The notes under the pieces are model-generated. The model worked only from the letters and a program-made list of their open reading frames with translations, ran no database searches and was not told where the DNA came from. 64,000 nt of DNA from Octopus vulgaris (Eukaryota), in assembly GCA_951406725.2 (NCBI GenBank), contig OX597832.1, positions 38,130,001-38,194,000 of the forward strand, read 5' to 3'. Position 1 is the first letter of the stretch; each line of letters opens with the position of its first letter. The translations under genes and the position numbers were made by a program. Shown here piece by piece: positions 55,285 through 64,000 of the stretch.

Positions 55285-55420
55285 CGACTTGCCTCTTTCA
55301 GTTTCCGTCTAACAAATTCAGTCATAAGGCTTTGGTGTGTTCGAGGTTTTAGTAGAGACTGAACTCTGAACCATGTGGTTGGGAAGCAAGCATCTTACCA
55401 TCCAACCACGTCTGCGCCCG
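55285..55420 (-). mobile_element. Decayed SINE family B 5' half
   Basis: TTTCAGTTTCCGTCTA...AACCATGTGGTTGGGAAGCAAG. Confidence 0.8.
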
Positions 55421-55759
55421 TATTTAGTTCTCTTTCATTAATAAAAATTTTAGTCTGCTATAAAGTGTCAAATGGTTTCGTCGCTTTTATTCAAAGTGTT
55501 GGTTAACCCCAAAACAGATAAATTGCAGTCGTGCCAGAAAATAGGCAGCAAAAGTACAGCAAATTCATTTTCAAAGAAATAACAGGGACCGCAATTATGA
55601 GAAGTAAAAAAAAAATATAAAAAGAGCATAAATTTAACATGTTTTGAATGTTATTAAATAGATAAAAACAAGTCTTCCATAACGACATAACTGTGTGTGT
55701 GTGTGTGTGCATGCGCGAATCTGTCCGAGCATATATGCATATAAACGTATACATATACC

Positions 55760-55805
<46 letters not shown>

Positions 55806-55865
55806 TATATATACTACACACACACATGCACACCTACAATACATATATACATACATATACGTATG

Positions 55866-55901
<36 letters not shown>

Positions 55902-56443
55902 CACACATATATTACATATGTATATATGTAATATATATACATATATATCATATATATGTACGTACGTATATATATTTATATATATATACATATATATACA
56001 TACACAAACTACATTTATATATTCATATATATATATATATATACATACATACGTATATGTATGTATGTATGTATGTATTGTAGGTGTGCATGTGTGTGTG
56101 TAGGCATATATATATAGGCATATATATATATATATATATGTATATGTATATATATGTATATATATATATGTATATATGTGTGTGTGTATGTCTATGCATA
56201 TATATATGTATGTGTGTGTTTGTGTATGTATGTGTGGGTGTGTGTGTGTAAGAGTGCGAAGAAGGATGCTTAGTGTGTACGCGTTGATCTTACTTTCTAT
56301 TCAAACGAATGAAATTTATTATTCATCACTGAATAATTCACTGTATAATTAATTAATTATTCAGTGAATTATTTTCAATGAGCACACGGCCATCCCCCCA
56401 CACACTTCTCCATTTTACTATACACTTCTATTGTTATCAGGAG

Positions 56444-56459
56444 TCAGCAGGGGGCGCTG
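56444..56459 (+). promoter_or_regulatory. CTCF-like core motif
   Basis: TCAGCAGGGGGCGCTG versus the bilaterian CTCF consensus CCASYAGRKGGCRS (one mismatch); motif match only. Confidence 0.35.
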
Positions 56460-56881
56460 CAATTAGTCTGATAAGATCGATTGCATATGGATTCAAAATA
56501 ATAAACTATTTCAGTTTGTCGTTGGACTGATGATGGCGGTGGCGTCGGCTTCCAGACAGTTGGATACGAAATGGTTCAATAGGTAATCTATTGGACGACT
56601 AATATATGGATCAGAGTTCAAATCCAGTCGAGCTTATGTTATTAATTTTGTTGTTGTTGTTGCTGATTGACTCAAGGTGAAACCAGATTGATTTGACGTA
56701 TTATCGCAGATAATTCTGTGGTGAACATGACATGATTTTTGAAAGATTTTTCAGTCTTCGTTATTCACTACATTTACTCTAGTTTTAGACATTTGAGAGA
56801 GTTTTAGCGGTGCTCCAGCATGGCCACAGTCAAATGAATGAAACAAGTAAAAGTAAAAATAAAAAAATAAAAGAAGTATAC

Positions 56882-57231
56882 CAGTGCATCCCAACCTTTT
56901 TTCCTCCAGGAGTCTCTTTTACTTCCCAGAAAAATGTATACTCCTCCGGTGGTTGGAAAAAACAACCTTATTTTAGGTCTTTCATAATTGTATGATTTCC
57001 TTAAAGAAATATCCACACTAGGGCATTAGAACAGCACTATACTGTAGCAAAGAGTCTTCACACTGTATGCTTGGTTGGAAGGATTGGTTTGGCTAGGCTG
57101 TGAAAAATAAGATTTTCACAATTTCACGTCCCAATAAGAAAATAAAAAGAAAACAAATCTAGATCTCACGCCCGACTATAATTTTACCAGGCCCCATCGC
57201 TGGGACGTATGTCCCACGTTGAGGATCTCTG
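56882..57231. mobile_element. Decayed hAT-like MITE
   Basis: Left end CAGTGCATCCCAAC, right end GTTGAGGATCTCTG; no clean TSD. Confidence 0.5.
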
Positions 57232-57596
57232 ATTTATGCCCTCAAAACTTTCAATTTCGTTCTGCTGCGAAAAATAAGATTTTCACAATTCCATGTCCCG
57301 ATAAGAAAATAAAAAGAAAACAAACCTAGATCTCACGCCCGACCATAATTTTACCAGGCCCTACTGCTGGGGCGTATGCCCTACGTTAAGGATCTCTGAT
57401 TTATGCCCTCAAAACTTTCAATTTCGTTCTGCTGCGAAAAATACGATTTTCACAATTCCATGTCCCAATAAGAAAATAAAAAGAAAACAAACCTAGATCT
57501 CACGCCCGACCATAATTTTACCAGGCCCTACTGCTGGGGCGTATGCCCTACGTTGAGGATCTCTGATTTATGCCCTCAAAACTTTCAATTTCGTTC
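57097..57596. repeat. 167-bp tandem repeat x3
   Basis: Units start at 57097, 57264 and 57431; units 2 and 3 are near identical. Confidence 0.96.
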
Positions 57597-57869
57597 ATCA
57601 TACAATATTATAATAACGATATTTTCTTAAATGATAATTCATTTAATGGCAGCTGACGAACACGTTATGAATAGGTGTGACAACACTTTAGGGATTTACT
57701 GAATTAATACTAATTTCATAGTACATTTTAGGAGGCGGGGTTCAGTCCATCTCCTAGGAGTGGATATTAACTTGGAATTTTTTAAGGGATCTAAGTAAAT
57801 GCTGTAAGGATGCTGTACCGTTACCCATCAATTCTGTCACTTCTTCATCCTATAACAGTATGAATGTAA

Positions 57870-57990
57870 ATGATTATGACGACGACGATGATGATGATGA
57901 TGCAGAGGGGGGAAAAGGACAAGCAGGAGGATGAGGATGGAGACGATAATGAAAACGATGACGGCAGCAGTGGTGGTGGTGGTGGTGGTA

Positions 57991-58051
<61 letters not shown>

Positions 58052-58260
58052 CGACGATGTCGATGGTGATGATAACGACGATGATGATGGCGACGACGAC
58101 GATGATGATTATGATGACGACGATGTCGATGATGATGGTGACGGTGATGATGATGGCGACGACGATGATGATGATGACAGCGATGACGAGGACGACAACG
58201 ACGACAACGATGACGATGACGATGATAATGCTGATGATTGTCATCATCATCGTCATCATT
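57870..58260. repeat. (GAT/GAC)n low-complexity tract
   Basis: Direct reading; source of poly-D/M/H ORFs. Confidence 0.95.
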
Positions 58261-59087
58261 ATAAACGACAAAAAAAAAAAAGACGAGAAAACAGCAGCCC
58301 TGCCAATCCAGACAGCCATTAATCTTCACTAGGATCTGATTGCTGAATAGTTTTGGCAGTTCTAATTCCAACACAAGTGGTTTTGTCTAATGAAAGAAAG
58401 ATGAGAGGGCAAAACTCAGACGATAGCGCTGCGAAGTGGTAGTGGTGGTGATGGTGATATTGACGGTAGTGTAAGGGGTGGTGGTGGTGGTGGTGATGCT
58501 TGTAGCAATGGTAGCAGCGATTGTTGTGGTGGTGTGAGCGGCGGTGGCTGCGGTGATTGGTGGCGGTGGTAGTAGTGATAGTGTTGATGTAGTTTGGGGA
58601 TGTCTGATAAACTGGCTGGATACAAGTAGTTCAAACTGAAGTCACTGTCATCTTCTGGAATGATAAGAGAGACATCGAATCAATTTTTCAAGATGTTCTG
58701 GTTATATCTATCTTATATTTTTGCATCTTTTTGTCAAGGTCTACCAATCTATATGACACCCTTTAACCTCTGGCTCCCTACCCAACCCTATAACTACACA
58801 AAAAAAATATATATCAAAGTGTATATTTCTCTAGAAATGTACTCTAACACTCGTGTCAAACTATCCAAAATATTCTTTATTAAGAATAAAGGAAATGAAC
58901 ATATAAATCTATGTGGATGTCTACCATATTTATACACACGTATATTTGGGAGAAGGGAGCCGTTATTTAAAATAAAACCAGTATTGTATTGGCATTCTTT
59001 TTTTACCGGTGAAACAAAGACGAAAGGTAAATTCGATCCCAAAAGAATTAGAACTCAGAAACATAAAAGAAAGTAATCAAGGCACTG

Positions 59088-59275
59088 TATTGGTTTCAAA
59101 TTTTGACACACGGACAACAAGTTCGGGCCCGGTGCTCAATAAGTCCTTATTTTGTCGATCCCGAAAGGATGGAAGGCGAAGTCGACCTCGGCGGAATTGG
59201 AACGTTAAGACGGACGAAATGCCGTTAAGCATAATGTAAGAAGTCTTGCGAAACATCACTGGCACTGCCTTCCTT
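59088..59275 (-). mobile_element. SINE family A
   Basis: CCCGAAAGGATGGAAGGCGAAGTCGACCTCGGCGGAATT. Confidence 0.8.
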
Positions 59276-60569
59276 TTTAGCCTAAGAGATGAAAAAAGAA
59301 TATATAATTCTCAGACGGAGTTAGCGTGTCCACAGAATATGAAAGCTGATATTTGAATTACATATGGAACCCATCAGGAGAGCATTCGCAGTTGCAATTC
59401 AGCCAATTTTATTTGCATCCTTATGGATGCGTTGCATTTACTCTCTTGATAGAGCTTGGTGATCCTGACCGTTGATCTTTTAGGATTCCTCCACTCAGCA
59501 TCAATGAAAGAAGCATCATTAGCTCGGTTGAGGTCTTCTGCTAACTCTTCACAATCTGCCATGCTGCAGTCCCATGACTTTGCCGTATCCATGACACGGT
59601 GGCTGAAGAGGTGCTTTACCTTGCCAAAGGGCAACCAGTAATTATGCAGGGCGTGGTCATCACTCCACAAAGTATTCTCAAAATACCCACATACCCTTTT
59701 CACCAAGCTATTTCATCTTTATTCTACCTCACCTCTCTCTCCACCCTCTCACACAGCCACCTTTCACAATGCCATCTCTGCAGTCCCATGAGTTTGCCGT
59801 ATCCTTGGCAGGGTGGCTAAACGAATGCTATGCTTTGCCAAAGACACACGCAAAGTTGACCTTTTCGGATTGGTAAAATAACTCAAGACGCACGGACTCT
59901 GTGGAGAGCATGGCACAACTTCACCTTCCATATTACAGACCCGTACAACAAGAATTACCCAAATGTGTTACATTCATAAACGTTAATTAATAACGAAACT
60001 GTTATCCAGTGGTTCGTAGGGAATGTCTCTCTGAAGGGGTCTATTCTGTTAATGTAAGGGACAGAAATAGGGCCCCGAGGTGAATAGCCGGCACTTGGTT
60101 CCTTACATTAGTTGGTTTCTTCAAAAGTACGAAGCCCACATCATGTGGAATGGGGCGTACCTCTCAAAATTGCCAAATATTTCCATGATTACGTATTCAA
60201 AGACTCAGACATTTGTCATAATATCAGCGATGCAAATATCAACGAAACAATCTTTTCACTATTCGAATTTGCCGGCAGGGTGCGCTCGCATAGATACACA
60301 TCACACGTCCTCTACCTCTACCCGTCACAGATGCCTTATTACAACCATAGACAAGTGCAAGCATGTGTACAGAAACGAGTATTCAAAGTTTCAACAATAT
60401 TCCTAAAGAATTTTTTGTGTAAAAATTCAAATATGCTAAATAAATAAATAGTTATTATATCTCGAAGACAGTTCTGTCAGAGAGATGCGAACCCAGAAAG
60501 TCAGGATGAAATATTGTAGAACATTAACTCCCCGGTTCTAACACTCCTCAGACTTTCAGTAATCGAACA

Positions 60570-60583
60570 TATCTATCTATCTG

Positions 60584-60639
<56 letters not shown>

Positions 60640-60652
60640 CCTATCTACCTAC

Positions 60653-60719
<67 letters not shown>

Positions 60720-60747
60720 CCTACCTATCTATCTATCTATCTATCTA
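60570..60747. repeat. (TATC)n microsatellite
   Basis: Direct reading. Confidence 0.97.
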
Positions 60748-61024
60748 TAAATTTATTTATTTATTTATTCACAAGACTACAGAAGGATGTGGTGTTCGAT
60801 TCCTTGCATAATAGCGTCGATAAAATGCAATAAATTCATTGGAGATCCAACAATGGTCTCATTCTTCAATATTCGCCAATTATATTCCATTAATAAAATT
60901 TCCAAAATTCATGACAAGACTTTCATGTTTGATTAGCTCTTTTGCCTCCTTCTTCTCCTCCTCCTCCTGCCCCTTCTTTTGCAACTCCTCCTCTTCCTAC
61001 TCTTCTTCCTACACCTCCTGTCAA

Positions 61025-61108
61025 TTCTTCTTCTTCTTCTTCTTCTTCTTCTTCTTCTTCTTCTTCTTCTTCTTCTTCTTCTTCTTCTTCTTCTTCTTCT
61101 TCTTCTTC
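61025..61108. repeat. (TTC)n microsatellite
   Basis: Direct reading. Confidence 0.97.
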
Positions 61109-61769
61109 GTTTTTCATCCTTTTTTTTTATTGTCTCTTTTCATTTCTATCTTTGTTGCCGAAATATAAGTTATCAACTAAGATTCAAAGTAACTGAATGA
61201 CAGCCATCACACAGCAGGTTCCTCTTGACACACAGACAGACAGCCAGTAGCGCATCTCGTCACGAAGCGCTTCTTATTTTAAATTGTTTATTTCTATATA
61301 GTTTTTTTTTTTAAAAAAAACCAAGAGACTATATATGACAATTCACAATATTGATTATTCGATTTCCTTGCCCACACCCATCTAATCGAAGTCGCCCACT
61401 TTCAATCGACGACTACATCCCTGCAGAGTGTCTATACCGCTACCACTGCTGCTTCCACCAATACTGTCACCAGTAACAACACCACCAACAGCTGCATTAA
61501 CACCGTTGCCACCACTGTATACAATTATCACCATCATCACTATCAAGAACACCACTACAACCACCACCCACCACCACCACCATCAATGCCACCACCATTA
61601 CTACCACTATCGCTACATGACAACATCAACAACAGTATCAGCAACAGCACTAGTACCACCACAGCCAACATCACCACCACAATCACAACCACAACCACAA
61701 CGACGACGACCACCACCACTACCACCGTTACCACTACCACCGTTACCACTACCACCACCAACAACAGCG

Positions 61770-61972
61770 TGGAGGCGCAATGACCCAGTGGTTAGGGCAG
61801 CGAACTCGCGGTCGTAAGAAAGCGGTTTCGATTCCCAGAACGGGCATTGTGAGTGGTTATTGAGCAAAGACACTTAAGCTCCACGAGGCTCCGGCGGGTG
61901 GGGTTGGGGTGGGGGGTTGAACCCCGCTGTACTCTTTCACCACAACTTTCTCTCACTCTTTCTTCCTACTTC
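61770..61972 (+). mobile_element. SINE C/D subfamily
   Basis: tRNA-like head matching 53747; CACTTAAGCTCCACG; 3' block matching 35762. Confidence 0.85.
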
Positions 61973-62199
61973 TGCCACAAAGCAGAGGAACCATGGCGTA
62001 ACCCACCACGGTGTGGTAAAACATTCAGACCCTAGTCTAGATTGCGAACCCTCTGTACCCCAGGATGGGTCAGCTCTCCACCCGTTAGAAGCTACCGTTT
62101 ACGGAATGAGGATAACAACGTAGCTTTCACGCTAAAACGTTATCTAGGAATCTCGGAAAGTTGCTAATGGAGAAGTCACCGAAATGAAAATAAGTAGAC

Positions 62200-62270
<71 letters not shown>

Positions 62271-62271
62271 A

Positions 62272-62446
62272 AGTTAGTCAGTTAGTTAGTTAATTTTTGG
62301 GATCAAAAAGCAAAAAGCAAGGCCATGTAGGGGGACATAGAGTTATGTACAGGGTGGTGTTCATGTAAAGAGTTCAGGCCATTTGTGGTCAAGGGAGACT
62401 TTGAACCGAGCGGTCGTCGGCATCTTCACTATCTCGTCCGGCAGCT

Positions 62447-62447
<1 letters not shown>
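62272..62447 (-). mobile_element. 3' end of a CR1-group LINE with (TAAC)n tail
   Basis: Minus frame KLPDEIVKMPTTARFKVSLDHKWPELFT* fits the CR1 ORF2 terminus LP.E.V......FK..LD..W; short 3' UTR then AACT repeats. Confidence 0.78.
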
Positions 62448-62480
<33 letters not shown>

Positions 62481-62765
62481 CATATAAATATGTATGTGTG
62501 TGTATGTATACGTACATACACACGCGTATATATGTATATAAACATATCTGCCTGTATGTATGTCATTATTCAGTTATATTTCAAGATTTCTTTGTAATAG
62601 AGAAAGAACCGGTTTCTAGCCTTGACCCAAGGCTTCTTCATTGAAACTTCAACAACATCAACAGGGTATTTTTCTATTAATGTATGTATATCTGCAGACT
62701 TGTACGCACATCTAAATCTCTCTCTCTCTCTCTCTTTCTTTCTCCCCCCTCTATCTATCTATCTG

Positions 62766-62841
<76 letters not shown>

Positions 62842-63394
62842 ATGGCATAAGCTGAAGCCCACTTTTCTGTTTTTTGTTTTTTTTGGTATGAATTAAAATT
62901 TTTCTCTTATGTTGCGAAAGAAAACAAAAATCTAGCAGTGATTGCCGATGACATTAAATTTTCTTTTATTCATTGTACATAAGGTACTTATTTTGTATGT
63001 TTAAATGTTAATCTGATAGGTGCTGATCGGGCGGGAGACTACAACGGCCATATTACGGTCTCATTAGACCTTTTAGCTTATCACGAACATCTCGAAATTC
63101 TCAGAAGAGTAGAACCTTGATTCTTACAAGCTGGAAGGAGTTCGAAACATTTGTGGTTCGTATCGAATAGCGAAATTGCAGTAAAGTAAAGCAAGGGAGA
63201 TAACTTTAATAGGCGAAGTGTATGAACTTTGGTAATTCGGATAGATTCTGCTGCACTCAATGACAAATGCAAAATATTCTTAACATATTGAAATTTATTT
63301 CTTCATGTTATCGAAAAATTATTTATTTTGCCAATTTGTATGAGGTATATTATGTATGCACAGTACATAAATGCACATTTATATACATGCATAA

Positions 63395-63399
<5 letters not shown>

Positions 63400-63436
<37 letters not shown>

Positions 63437-63617
63437 TTGGTAGGTAGATAATTTATATATATATATATATATATATATACATAAATACATATATGAGTGT
63501 GTGTGTGCGTATACGCACACATTTATATGCATGTTTAAATGTATATATACACAAATTTATGTATATGCATATACGTATGTATATATATATACATACATAT
63601 ATATATATACACATATA

Positions 63618-63708
<91 letters not shown>

Positions 63709-63941
63709 ATACATACATACATATATATATATATATATGCACACAGAGGTAGATAGATACATACATACATATATAAACATATATATATATTTTTCAAAAC
63801 CTTCAAGTAAGTGTGATTTAAATAATGATGAACACCATGTCATTTGTAAAATATCTATGAATATCATGTTGATGATAACGAGTATGATGATGATGATGAT
63901 GATGACGTAGACAATAACGACACCAATAACAATAAGAATAA

Positions 63942-64000
<59 letters not shown>
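63400..64000. repeat. (TA)n compound tract, then (GAT)n and (AAT)n to the window end
   Basis: Direct reading. Confidence 0.95.

Noticed and set aside
57097-57596. Regular repeats as a possible CRISPR array (also 39768-39824)
   Set aside because: Units are contiguous with no unique spacers, there are no cas genes, and the context is eukaryotic
57870-58322. Asp-rich acidic protein (biomineralisation-like)
   Set aside because: A degenerate (GAT/GAC)n tract open in several frames, with no signal peptide or splice support; similar tracts occur at 8112 and 19630
60080-60447. Two overlapping ~110-aa ORFs in non-microsatellite sequence
   Set aside because: No recognisable domain or splice structure; the length is within chance expectation

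Overview
AT-rich, extremely microsatellite-dense eukaryotic non-coding DNA (intergenic or a very large intron). No host protein-coding gene, rRNA, true tRNA or CRISPR array can be supported. Almost all listed ORFs are translations of (TA)n, (CA)n, (TATC)n, (TACA)n, (ATT)n and (GAT)n tracts. The repeat content most resembles a coleoid cephalopod (Octopus-like) genome; this is inferred from SINE types and repeat density, not from a database match. Supported content: dozens of copies of three tRNA-derived SINE families; a young 5'-truncated R4/Dong-type RLE LINE in (TAA)n; a young 5'-truncated L1/Tx1-type LINE in (TATC)n plus an older relative; CR1 and Penelope-like (PLE) fragments; a decayed maT/Tc1-mariner transposase; a hAT transposase C-terminus; and hAT, pogo and mariner MITEs. 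The most interesting signals are RNA-structural. (1) Three separate repeat families carry type I hammerhead-ribozyme motifs, one with a canonical core and one with a consistent non-canonical CUGUNGA core. (2) At least five short microsatellite-embedded 'tail + fold-back' elements, mostly dissimilar in sequence, share one architecture with covarying stems; one is a perfect 244-bp palindrome. (3) A SINE subfamily has a 3' tail matching the 3' end of the Tx1-type LINE in the same window. All alignments and folds were done by eye, and repeat boundaries are approximate unless a TSD or TIR is quoted.
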